IMG/VR virus record: IMGVR_UViG_3300042340_000379
Location: 62,001 to 126,000 of that record
Reading direction: 5' to 3' (one strand)
DNA: 64,000 bases
Made by a program: the position numbers and the translations under genes. Positions 49,201 to 57,600 of the stretch are shown here, in pieces (the first letter of the stretch is position 1; each line of letters begins with the position of its first letter). The notes beneath the pieces are model-generated. The model searched no databases. It saw only the letters and a list, made by a program, of their open reading frames with translations, and had not been told where the DNA came from.

Positions 49201-52200
49201 TTCATGTTGTAATCAAGAACAGCTGAAAGTTGCTGCATCGCTTCTTTTGACATTTCATAGTTAAACATCCCGTAAGATGCATAAGAAATGTCAGAAGTTG
49301 GAGAGGCTATTTGAGAATAAAACCGAACTTGGGAGTTGGTTTGATCCATTGATGCCCCAGTTGGATAGAGCAACGGCGTAAATAGGTTTGGCGTATCTAC
49401 ATAAAGACCCGTAAGCTTTTCGAGATTCACCCCCGTTAGCTTCTTAATCAAAGAAGATGTAGTTTGAAAGACGGCTCGAAGGGGATTGCCACGCTGCTCA
49501 GCATATTGAGTAGGGTCTGGGCCAGCTAGTCTTAGTGCGGGTAGAAGTTTGTACAATCCTTCAAGACCAGCTTGGCCAAACATTTCTCCTGCAAGACGGG
49601 TGCCCAAAGTAGCTGTAAGACCAGCCGTTACTAGCAACGTGCCCGCAAGTTTCATCCGAGCTGACGAACGACGAAAAAGATTAGTCGAAGAAGCAATCGC
49701 TTGCTGTTGTTCTAAAAGTCCGGGTACAAGCTCAAGTACTTTTTGACTAGGCCCTCTTAGTCTAATCTGAGAAGCAACGTCGCCCGCGCTGGAGTAAACA
49801 CCAGACTGCATTCCAAGATAACCAACATATCCCAACTGCGCAGCCGCAAGCCCGCGCTGAAACGGGTTCTCAAATGCTTCATGACTTCCTGGGCCAGTAT
49901 CAGGATCTGTCAAAGCCAGACTTGCCATCGCGGTTAGATAAAAAGGGAGAGCTCTACCTACACCTTTAGGAATGTTAAATGAGCTATTCAGCTTTTGAGC
50001 AATTCCAGTTCCTTGAATAAATGCTTTACCACCGGCCATCATTGCTTGGGGAACAGCGACTGAGAAGCCAGTCATAATCCCGGTCATCGATTCAATAGTT
50101 CTAAAACCCGTTCCCAAAACCTTCATCATAGGAGAAAGGTACTTTGATTCTCTCTGGGCTAGATTTGAAAGGTTATAAAGCATAGACCCAGGGCGAGAGC
50201 CTTTCATAGCTGCTTGGGTACGCTGAATAGTTCCCCTAGCTAGAGTTGCGGCACCTAAGAATCCAAGCGCTGCTTCTACCTGGCTTCCTTCTGAGTACAC
50301 AAAAGAATTAAAAAAGGCTAGCCCAGCTGCTTGATTTAATAGCTGCTCACCTGTGCCAAGTACTGTCCCTAATGGGCCGTTAGGGTTTATTCCAGAATTA
50401 GCTAAGGTTTGGTTCAGATAGTTGTTTTTTTCGTTAGCTCTTAAACGCAGTGCAATAGGTAGAGTAGGGTTTACACCCATACCTAGCATAGGCAGCAACT
50501 GCATACCAAACGAGAGAGTTGTCTGGTTGCTAGTTGGGTCAGTGCGCAGCAAGGTAGCAAACTGAACAAAGCCTAAGTTTGTCTGCTGAGCAATCGAGTA
50601 AACATTCATTCCAATCGCGGCGGTTGGATCACCTGATTGAAGCTCTTTTAGAACATGCCCTAGCACCCCTCTAGTCGCAACAGAAGAGGGGGTAATATCA
50701 GCAAGCAATCCTTGGCCGGTTGTATATCGAGTTTTGTTTAGGGTTGCTTTAATCAGGCCAGCGACTGATTCAGTCTCAGAGTCTAGCTCACGTCCTGGTT
50801 GCCGATTATGAATATTGTTTAGAAGCGCAGAGACCGCAACGTAAGCAACTTTTGCTGACACCAAACCCATAACCGCGCCGACCGCAGCTGACCTCATGTT
50901 AAACTTAGCCTTAACAGAGACAATGTCTTTAGTAAGCTGCTGAGCTTGGTCAAGTGATCGGGATAAAGCTTTAAGACCAGAAGATTGAGTAGCGACTCTA
51001 TACGTCCGAAGATGGTCACCCATGTGGTAAAGCATCTTACCGACCGTGCTGTTCTCCAGTCGGGTCTTAGCAAAATAGGGGAAGAGACTACCAGTCGCCA
51101 AACCTGCAACACCTGCTACTCCTAAAGCAGTAGCCGCAGGCATCGCCCCGTTAAATTTGAAGGCCATCACTTGGCCTTCATCATTACGGACAGCATCAAA
51201 GAGCTTCATTTGAGAATGGAGTGAAGCGCCTTGAGTCCTTAAAATAAATTGGTCAAAAAGATAATCAGCGCCAAGAACACCCCCGACAACCAGAAGCGTT
51301 CTGATATTCTTTTTGAATCGAGATGATCTAGCCGTAATAATTTGGTCAGCGTCTTGGCCTAGGTTATAACCTACATAGCTGCTGGCCTGAGTGTTCATCA
51401 ACTTTGTTTGCTGAACAAGACTCGACCCTGCCATCGCGTTGGAAGTAGAAACCATTGTCTCTAGCAGTTGGGTTGTGTCCCTCAAAACTTGAGGCCGGGA
51501 AGAAGAGTAATCAGCTTTAATGCCGCGAATGTTGTCTCTAAGAGATTTTGTGTACTGCTGCTCTAATTGAACTAAAGAGCGTGAGTCTTCAAAAAGCTTC
51601 ATAGCTGCACGGTAAGACTGGATAGGCTGCTTAATTATGTTTGCGGTAACCCTGGCCGTCACATCAAATTTAATCAGCATATTCTGCATGAGGTTATCGC
51701 CAAACACCTCAGCAATCGAATTGTCGTCAGCCGTCGTTACGCCCATCCACTGCCGCATACTCGGAATCCAGTAGATAGGATTTGAGGGTACTGCCCGCGC
51801 AATCTTATCTACTTCTTGGGCCAAGTCTTGAACTCGACTACGCCCAAAATTAACCAGACCATCTTCTCGTACAGAAACAGGTTGCTTAATTCTCTTGGCA
51901 AGGTTGGTAAGCGCCTCATTAGCGCCAGCTCTATCGGCAGCAGGTACGACAATATCAATCATCGAGCCACCAATAGTCCGAACAATCTCTGATTCGTATC
52001 GTCTTAAAGAGTTGATAAATCCAAGAGGAGTTCCAATGTCAGCATGCTTTGTAGCAATCCTGACGCTTAATTTGTCGGGATCGTTAAGTGTAACTTGATG
52101 CGCCCGCTTGAGAATCTCAGCGGCTCCAACATTCTCTCCTGTTCCAACAAGCTGATCTTTAACATAGTCAATTGCAGCATCCATCTGCCGAGACTCAGGC

Positions 52201-53492
52201 GTGGAAAATACACCTCGAAATATATTCTGAAGAGGAGTTCTCTGCTGAGTTGTCTGGCTAGAAAGGTAAGCAAGACCCTCCTCTTGGATAGCCATAATAC
52301 CAAGTTGAGAAGCAAACGACGCTCCATATCCAACAATTGCAACCGCAATTCCTTTTGCTGCATCAGTAGAAGCGCCCAGCATCTTCTCGATAGGGCCCGC
52401 TTCTAGAGAATTGTCTCTATACTGAGTACGGTGAAATGCAAGTGGTGTGCCCTCAAGCCGCCCTTCACGCACCATCTTCTCGTACTGAAAAGCATGAAAG
52501 CCTGTCACATTGTCTAGAAAACGCCCAGCTGAACGAGCTGCCGAACCTAGAATGCCGTAACCTTCATGGTAAAACTTAAACCCAAGAGCCCGATTAATTT
52601 GGTGCCCCAAAGAAGGAGTTCCGATCTCCCGATCAGCGGTAATAACGGCGGTAGGTGCTGTCTGAGATGTAAACATCTCATAGGTCGCTGTGGTAGATCT
52701 ATACATGGGTAGAGATCTACCAATATATCGGTCAAAGAAAGATTCCTTTAATTGAGTCGGCATGTAGGGTAAAGAAACTCCCTGCCCTAGTCTATCTTGA
52801 GATAAAGAGTCTACCTGACTATAAGTCGTCTTGCGAAGAGACCCAAACTCGCCTAAATCATAAGAGTTAAGAACGGGAGGCTTAGGAGGACTTGGCTTTA
52901 ATGCCTTTGATTTTTGCTTCTGATAATTTAGTTGCTTCTTAGCCTGAAGAATCTCCTGAGGATCTCCACCCTCCCGTGCTTTCTTCAAATTCTGCTTAGC
53001 AGAATCTAAATACATTACACGCTGACGAAAATCACTGGGCGTTTCACCCAGACCATAAACAGCCCCTCCCTGCTTATACGCTTTGAGAGCTGCCTTAGAA
53101 TAAGCATCAGCTTTATTCCGGTCTGAAAATATAGTTTGGGAAGGGATGTGAGCAAGCCCTGCTTCAACAATCCGAAGGTTTACAGAACCCTGAGCGTTAT
53201 GTATTTCACCAAGAGTTCGTCCGTATTGGTCAGTTCCTTGAGACTCAATCTGAGCTTGGCTTCCAATAGGAGCCAAGCTTCTAGCATAGTCTGTGGCCCT
53301 ATCTCCGTAACGCTGCCCTTTTGTTCCCCTACCATGGGAAGTTTCAGGCGCATCAATATAAGAGAGACGAACTGTGCGCTTCTCTCCAAACTTATCTTGA
53401 ACAACAAAAGTGTCAGCATCTTCAATCCCAACAACAGTCCCTGACATGTCAGGACGATTATGGCTGCTGAGTCTATTGACAAACGAGTCCAT
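40287..53492 (-). CDS. 4401-aa giant virion-module protein: thermonuclease + DEDDh exonuclease + Gly/Ala-rich hydrophobic tracts
   Basis: SNase motifs DADT, VRL..IDAPET, DQYGRTL, EAGLA; DEDDh motifs FDLET, GHNI.KFD, HTAMAD at about 44490-45065. Confidence 0.85.
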   Translation of the reverse strand: MDSFVNRLSSHNRPDMSGTVVGIEDADTFVVQDKFGEKRTVRLSYIDAPETSHGRGTKGQRYGDRATDYARSLAPIGSQAQIESQGTDQYGRTLGEIHNAQGSVNLRIVEAGLAHIPSQTIFSDRNKADAYSKAALKAYKQGGAVYGLGETPSDFRQRVMYLDSAKQNLKKAREGGDPQEILQAKKQLNYQKQKSKALKPSPPKPPVLNSYDLGEFGSLRKTTYSQVDSLSQDRLGQGVSLPYMPTQLKESFFDRYIGRSLPMYRSTTATYEMFTSQTAPTAVITADREIGTPSLGHQINRALGFKFYHEGYGILGSAARSAGRFLDNVTGFHAFQYEKMVREGRLEGTPLAFHRTQYRDNSLEAGPIEKMLGASTDAAKGIAVAIVGYGASFASQLGIMAIQEEGLAYLSSQTTQQRTPLQNIFRGVFSTPESRQMDAAIDYVKDQLVGTGENVGAAEILKRAHQVTLNDPDKLSVRIATKHADIGTPLGFINSLRRYESEIVRTIGGSMIDIVVPAADRAGANEALTNLAKRIKQPVSVREDGLVNFGRSRVQDLAQEVDKIARAVPSNPIYWIPSMRQWMGVTTADDNSIAEVFGDNLMQNMLIKFDVTARVTANIIKQPIQSYRAAMKLFEDSRSLVQLEQQYTKSLRDNIRGIKADYSSSRPQVLRDTTQLLETMVSTSNAMAGSSLVQQTKLMNTQASSYVGYNLGQDADQIITARSSRFKKNIRTLLVVGGVLGADYLFDQFILRTQGASLHSQMKLFDAVRNDEGQVMAFKFNGAMPAATALGVAGVAGLATGSLFPYFAKTRLENSTVGKMLYHMGDHLRTYRVATQSSGLKALSRSLDQAQQLTKDIVSVKAKFNMRSAAVGAVMGLVSAKVAYVAVSALLNNIHNRQPGRELDSETESVAGLIKATLNKTRYTTGQGLLADITPSSVATRGVLGHVLKELQSGDPTAAIGMNVYSIAQQTNLGFVQFATLLRTDPTSNQTTLSFGMQLLPMLGMGVNPTLPIALRLRANEKNNYLNQTLANSGINPNGPLGTVLGTGEQLLNQAAGLAFFNSFVYSEGSQVEAALGFLGAATLARGTIQRTQAAMKGSRPGSMLYNLSNLAQRESKYLSPMMKVLGTGFRTIESMTGIMTGFSVAVPQAMMAGGKAFIQGTGIAQKLNSSFNIPKGVGRALPFYLTAMASLALTDPDTGPGSHEAFENPFQRGLAAAQLGYVGYLGMQSGVYSSAGDVASQIRLRGPSQKVLELVPGLLEQQQAIASSTNLFRRSSARMKLAGTLLVTAGLTATLGTRLAGEMFGQAGLEGLYKLLPALRLAGPDPTQYAEQRGNPLRAVFQTTSSLIKKLTGVNLEKLTGLYVDTPNLFTPLLYPTGASMDQTNSQVRFYSQIASPTSDISYASYGMFNYEMSKEAMQQLSAVLDYNMNRLDESPAAAEEILAMYRGAVSRRKKMRVDGITMYEQRALTSSTLQTAFARREFTMRWISMQRASELAIDQLKEGILLGRTSTSLGKVPYQGYDPLQALSIDLASAFQGTYTARGSRETLDDLIVNITSQHYYTAKSGFFTQIGGINKAYSDQGQTAGSTALLGSISTALSIGTLASTGIALATVTGGMERAFLGESIGLRNDALKDVVRDFYRVARSGRFDTHKSDTKAVAQLFSKDKEVITAAYKIAMPEGMQLTQRAYWYQVMKTYGTLTRTVADHIGSMSPYMQDLLEGRDVKSNLASDFQQKIYAFMQEPLLEETMGLNPKRYEVLYTGDFTQKLEAMIAPESYGELEDYANTLKNNRRLSSGDRLSRLNIRRAQLEAQAFEQHMMRLGEIDTTNNVKVEKVFETVRGAPTVRPITEDVMNAVMGAGRVTAFYASYGQDVYTLAESSAYLLSSEDRLRDQASLQLVRASSQLGLAYGLERVISKVLFSGKANLPAMLLAGAIMSVNFESFKNSRLAQGIVSVERGFTSFAAGLVSGVSSLVSKATGPLGDALVGTIFEPMGEKIGETYAKGSRSMAMAIATSILLPQSLYKQQIYKEAQKTFTGSEPFVYNQDIYHRNKMSRGLSSFMSVGGEIPVQANVRGSAYGFLDNYYSERYFNSRERIMPSIISSFSISSMNRLSPTMRMALERRQDMGNYAIYGAMMRRPAPAEDNRVALGLMSAYASTSKMARQLNSSILPQLREEFADISGYVKGAKNLQAANPGQLFRRQMLMRRPKFGMHLPNVQVIFPDVTIPSFKVQTRIARRGFSRGMRNLRYVTHRPGVLLPIQQVGRFFEPVASQTLFEMQKLATAAFLGVSTASSFISSTVINEAAGGVGKIYDAIKNVPQIQTPVSPGYAPAAFTPFGLLQPVKEFTPFGLLPPAPSAVGPALTDGQILAMRLRKTSSRMGRNLRQTGTVLKDMGPAFIDMYSMFGATRRVMESQPDRQTGENVAAAYRESLGSSFSAIASSIGALQGRSLLSVVALGVMGFAIGDRMGYRMAQYDVHEYKDSRNKLYASAIIASSLSVYSTIRSRMIANLSRSEVSFDGNGNPRIDMSESLQARLKSPRNSMRYQMAEFELLHEKMHVRQARKHLKEFNRPGFTASRDLLGNQKLLTQAGASSDVITSIDRLAQRSAQGALANNQNLDHIGYQQIYEQEFEANSRAFIKQRNKYGVSRASRIVQTIDDRQSRGRFEGYQNTKTGLFQGNLDKLGANAIQLDNTHPIFDRLMQGATYHDGTFSFESGHMVQSIHDLSSGSEDPIKRTIGRKDQSKSAKRSSQSKSSDGIRDFDRAEFTSVMNPDLQSVKSRTNTPIDKLVNHADPPKLKTIKDLPRYQNLLFFDLETSYSARTDLSETDPGSRPPIAEVAYRKITIDTQTGRVQSLSENRYLVQPYYDPSEMTGGKFNLDDLAKGKAAGDVLEELMGQLDGAVLAGHNISKFDIPVLQATMHRLGRHDLVKKLDKAVTQGRYIDTLNDIDPKRYRELGAARSNLGSIYEAIAGEPLQNAHTAMADVNANVDVYQGLIKHLNNPDISSRSYTIKADELDLINQEMARSENIKTRIEAELLNPDLSYNKRLELEAELLQTKNNYEASQGGALVKQAEGVLPAAKLYSGSRLGAADVMSIADPALNLFATYRNRADFYQYMLDPRPTGGRVSRAVEIAQTNVSQNQGAMLSFIGSMAGLAAGSKALLYAIGFGGQFLGLDITGRGNDYISEVMRDASADGIIMPGVSTEFTLRMAAPALNDDIQRTLPKVKGVVLGLKTRVAEHLGKQGIEKPGVYLAKQTAKYGARAGAGFLAGSILARHAFGYGYTRDGGRDDRNTFGIMLGGSIGAGIAILPPMARSGYMSQASSISTYRGNLTNPTGNVLAVTRPDLKGRIKLGLMNRKVFSIALGGAALGLIASSPDDRSTQKLTNIAFGVTGALSASQILKYRSPTTLTASSFVGAAIGAQFGSTFGVYGTVLGLALGGASGLYKTQILSLAQKKAHLLLPQLSGTVDNLITYAVKHKFGFKGVRQATRSLQNVINSVAAFEYERYLEGGIFRSGGGRSLVAGALSMAALYYLQNDDEKSFLLAGAGGAATAALVYSGSIRHTAIELIASGHIARQSRFSGLLNRVKSSGIFQKLAKQRSLTINLAKGFKLGTAAAMAAIAAGLSVAAYNKLFEGNINVMVGATVAAFAGAAYMSQAKRLSSLLAPLSQAGFTGGFGALGYLIGDRFSSRENDGISVTGVAGAAIAGGISAATQYGARNQVRSSFRVFNRYIGMAGIGAMVGHLIGNSLDDDDSKGAYVGAAVGIGLAYLAKPAQAMHTKIFAQLFRGAVTGGVRHKALDYAMRRGGVLSGAFRVGSYGVLGVGMANNMRLLMGADNFSGGTRERYVKSTYSSALQTIAAFGITAAFKNDLVGVLASIGLAPLIAARSERRAEFMAKGRATETDLVVGAVSNTLFSLKTSRLIRHAPQLLSLAKAGRASGNLEPLVNYAQNAEFSRMSRSMSYARESGMLNQTDDLFNMMSSYTQSVASRNTKTARLYEALRAGAVNSNQAVQQAAKSGLHLSLQAARQAEQSSRVARGVGRGGRALGRLGIGAASWTANTTKAISATKVAKSGAWFAGRIFDVVEYGIGAYDVFSGLKKAFSLNYGSSKEQHQLAYSQAVGGAFRLAATLPMSILAKSLYATGAAVTATGVGAGLGLGMIALGVTIDTLGSDLANYGGRKLGSVLGTASYYKSHPDRLLRDAREAVDRLLGGSIQQRLVGDNTNAESYIDQVANRSPSSYTKEKPGFFKRAFNLFNQSARALASTFIPGLTLGLDLFRRGAQRVRVRETQARQRAQELPMTVGAAVQTYTPQEVKAPEVQPVRGTVSVQQVSSRQPSNPNPRPSASQNTEHVVSYDAQSNRISIKQQQSASDHFHASNRVAASNTADPSFVALLV

Positions 53493-53495
53493 AAA

Positions 53496-54044
53496 TTAAT
53501 ACTGGAATCTAGCTAAGCCAGAATTACGTTCAGGAATTTCAATAAGCTGATCAAGAGTAACTGCAGCCGTGTAAGCAATACTAATCTCAGTTCCAACTGG
53601 AGGATTATTTGTAATCCAATTTAATTGATTGCTGAGAATCTCAAAAGTTCCATTCCAACTGGGGTCTAGACTTGAAAAGTAATCATCGGGAAGTGGAATA
53701 GAAGCACCGGATGTAGAGACATGCCAAACAAAATTGCGGGTTCCTTTGCGCTCTGGAACTAGCCACTGCTGACGGTCAATAGGTTGAGGGTTCCCTGGCC
53801 TGTAATAGTTAATTTGATACCGTCCTAATGGAAAGTATCGATCAGAGGGCAAAAGCTTCAAACGCAAATCTTCCCCAACCGTTGCTGTAACTATTACTTT
53901 ATCCTGAATGCTTTGGTATGTCCCTGGTCGATTTCCTCTAGGAAACAGAATCTCTAGAATGTATTCCGTTTCAATAAGCGGATTATCTTCCGCATCCAAA
54001 GCTGGACTCTGGAAGTTAACAAGAATTTCGGTGTACTCAATCAT
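53496..54044 (-). CDS. Hypothetical structural protein
   Basis: Stops 3 nt before the giant gene; beta-rich. Confidence 0.6.
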   Translation of the reverse strand: MIEYTEILVNFQSPALDAEDNPLIETEYILEILFPRGNRPGTYQSIQDKVIVTATVGEDLRLKLLPSDRYFPLGRYQINYYRPGNPQPIDRQQWLVPERKGTRNFVWHVSTSGASIPLPDDYFSSLDPSWNGTFEILSNQLNWITNNPPVGTEISIAYTAAVTLDQLIEIPERNSGLARFQY

Positions 54045-54156
54045 GTTTGTCCCAACGCTGCTGCTAGTTTAGAGTGCGGGCTTAGTAGTTGAGTACCCAA
54101 CTTGCTCACTCTTAGCCTAAAAATAAATATAGGATAGTCCTAGACTAGGAACAGCT

Positions 54157-54393
54157 ATGGCAGAAAACGATTTCTTAGAAGATGTGCAAGACAGGCTCTC
54201 AGACTTAATCTGGAAGGGATTAATTTGGGCCCTAGTTGCTACGTTCGGTTGGGGTGTAAGAACGGCTCTTCAAGTTAATGATCTTGCGGCTCTAGCTAAA
54301 GAGTCTACCGTTGAAGTGAGCGTGCTTAAAGATAAAGTTGATGCTCTAAATCTACGTGTAATCGTGCTTGAAACAAAGTTAGAAAAAAACTAA
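54157..54393 (+). CDS. Single-TM coiled-coil protein (holin/lysis accessory candidate)
   Basis: TM segment then heptad repeat; AGGA RBS; opposite strand to its neighbours. Confidence 0.5.
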   Translation: MAENDFLEDVQDRLSDLIWKGLIWALVATFGWGVRTALQVNDLAALAKESTVEVSVLKDKVDALNLRVIVLETKLEKN

Positions 54394-54698
54394 AACGTTC
54401 CGCCATTAATAAACGAGCTTCTATAATACTCCGTTCCGTTAGCATTCGATGTCACAAAGCTTGCGTAGGTTGCGTTAGTACTTAAAGGCACCTCCAAAAA
54501 ATCCTCAGCGGCAGTAATTTCTAAATAAGTATCTTCAGCATCTTGGGTTGTTAAAAAATCCTCAATACCTGAGTTTGGTGCATAGTTATCTTTAATAAAA
54601 GACAAGACGGCCCTCACCCGTGCAGGCGTAATAAAGTTCTCAACGTTGTCAGGAAGATTGGTTGTAATTAACGCTTGAAGGTCTTCTGGTTCAGCCAT
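54390..54698 (-). CDS. Hypothetical structural protein
   Basis: NLPDN...ITPA.VR; overlaps the terL stop. Confidence 0.55.
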   Translation of the reverse strand: MAEPEDLQALITTNLPDNVENFITPARVRAVLSFIKDNYAPNSGIEDFLTTQDAEDTYLEITAAEDFLEVPLSTNATYASFVTSNANGTEYYRSSFINGGTF

Positions 54699-57600
54699 AG
54701 TCTCGAATTGAGTTCCACTGTTGTTCTATATCTTGCGCTACAGCAGCGTAGCTTTTAGGACGAAACTCATTCAAATACTGATTACGATCTGATACTGAGT
54801 TTGTCTCGCTTGACGTTTGACTAGAATACACGACAGGAGTAACTGCAAAGCGTGCATTCTTACCTGTTAACTGCCAGGCAACCCCAGCGACGGCATCTGC
54901 TAAATCTTTGCTGCCCGTAGAATCGTGATCAATTTTCCTACCTTTTATAAGCTTAAGGCGAGTAAGCTCGTCTAGCAGCAGGTTTTTGAACGCTGAGTTT
55001 GATGGAAACGTAATCCTACTTTCATGCAAAAGCAGTCGCAAGTTGTCATACATCTCGAGCTGTAGCTTCTGAGAGAAGTACAAAGACTCAGACTTAATAC
55101 CATACATCCTAAACCGCTCAAGCGTTTCCCATGAGTTGTGATGGTCAGCGCTTATTTTGCTGATGGGCCTGGAGCTATGAATCTTAAAGATAATATCTTG
55201 AACATTCGTAATAGAGACAGCCGCTGTCGGATCAGGCCTCCACGCGATTAGACCATCAATAACAACAAGTGTTGGGTCTTGATAATCACCGCTTATCGTT
55301 TCGGCATGACCAATAGCAAATCCGTAAGAGTCAGTAACTACAGACGGGTCTAAATGAACTATAGATAGATAGTCGTTGCAGGGTTCAATCTTTTCAATAG
55401 AGACTCTTATAAGACCGTCGGGGTCAGAAGACTGAGTAGTGAAAATCTTGTTTGAGCCACGAAACGCTCGAGTAACTTCATCTTGGTCAAAGAAGGCATC
55501 TTCAGCTACTCCTCGAACTCCTTCACATTCAAGAGCCGCTCGCCTTGGGTCTAGATTATACTCAGAGGCAATAAGGGCATTTTCTCTGTTATAGATTGGA
55601 TTGACATCCCAAGTCCTTAGCCGAAATCCTAACCAAGTATTATCTGATGCCGAGCTTTGGTACAGTTTCTGAATCGCGTCCCCCTCATACCAAGCAGAAG
55701 AGATAGCTAATCGCTTCGCGTCAGCTCCAAAGTTAATTCCACTAATCCCAATGTTGCTCCATAACTCAAGGGCATTAGAGTCTCCATCAATATCCTTAAA
55801 TCTAGTTACCTCGTCCATTGCTAAGAGGATAACTGATTGCCCTACCTGGCTACTAGACTGGGAGTTACCTGAGTAGATGTAGAGAAGCTTTTTCTCAAAC
55901 TTAATCTCTTCTTGACCTACAGTAATTAGTTGTTGCTCAATAAGCCGCTCAAAGTATTTGCATACTCGCATCATCCCAATAACTTGTTTAAAAATGGTTC
56001 GCTTAGCTTGAGCAGCAGACGTAGCTAGAACAAGAATCGAGATAGGAGTTGAGGAGGCTATACCATAGTGTTTTTGGGGTTCGGGAAGGTGGCAAAGTCG
56101 ATAGAACTCATAGACAATAATTACAGACGAGAGCATCGTGTTGTGGTTAGTAAACCCATTCGCGATGTACTGATTGGTTTCGGGCACAGACAAGTCGAAG
56201 CATTCAGCCCGAGACTCCTCTACCAAGACAATAGGGTCAAAGAAGTAATTTAGACTCTGGATCTCCTGAAAGTGTTGAATAGCTTGAGTATCTAAACCAT
56301 GTTTTGTAGAGTACAAAATAAGGTCATCTAGCCTGTAATAGGAAAAATGCTTCTTACATCCAGCTTTAATCGAGTTACCTACAATCGCTCGCAAACCAGC
56401 TCGAATGTTCTCTAGCTTTGGAAGAGACTTTTGGAGCTCTGGGTCATTCGATTTATAAGCATGACTACCAGGCTGCTTACCTCGATTACTCGGAGCTGAT
56501 GCTCTTAGTTGCTTGAGCCAGTCTTGCTGGTAAGGTATCCTCTCAGTATCTCCTCCATCTTTTTTACCCAAAGAGTTCTGAACGTAAGTCTCAAGTCTAT
56601 TTTGTTTCCGTGTTGTTTTTAGCTTAATCTTCCAATAGAAATTCAGAATAGACTTCTTACCACGAACCTGAACTTCGTAGTAACCCTGCCCATCAACTTT
56701 TTTTGTTGTGATGACAGAAACGATCCCTAGGTTTAAGAGCATAACCTGAGTCTCTTCAGCTAACTTAATAGAAGCTGTGGATAATGAGATGGTTTTTCCA
56801 TCTTGGGAAACCGTACCATCCCCGTCAAACAATCCAGCTAGATAGCTACACACAGCTGACATAGATGAACGTCTGATAGCCCAAGGCGTAATTTTACCTC
56901 GAACAGATGACCCAGTTTTCCATCCTAGGTTATCTAAAAACTTTCTAGCTTGGACGCTATTAAGACAAACTTGATAACCATGGTCAGAGGTTTGTTTGAA
57001 TCGAATGTTCCCTTCTGGAAATATTGCCTGGTACGCCGCTTTGTAGATTTCGAGATCTGCATCATAAAGATGGCACTCAACTCTATTGGGTAAATTCCAA
57101 CTTCCATTCGCAGTCAATATGCCAAGTAAATAGCCCAATTGGGTATCTAAAGTGAAAGGAAGATCAAGTATATTCGCATTAGCTGCAAATTCTTTCTCAC
57201 TTGGAAGATAGGTGCTTATATCAAGGTCTTGCTCAGGAAAGCAGAGATTTCCTCGGTTAATACAAGCATAATCTCCTACCTGCAGGTCAGCAAAGTATTT
57301 CCACTGAATAGTTCCATCTTGAGTCATTACCTTAATTCGATGTTCAGGAGTAGCTTCTAGCTTATAACCAGCAGCTGTCTTAATCTTTCGGGTTGCAGTG
57401 ACTCCTTTATAGTAGAGACCGTTTGCTTCAACTGGAAGGGCTTCTCCTGGTTGGGCAACTTTTGAAGAGAAAGATGATAAGTAGGAGGTAGGCTCTAAAT
57501 CTACAACTTTATCAAGTCTGTCTTCAAGTAGCACAAAAGAATCTGTGTTAGGCATATAGTTAGAAAAAAGTTCATAACCATATACCAACCCATGAGACTG

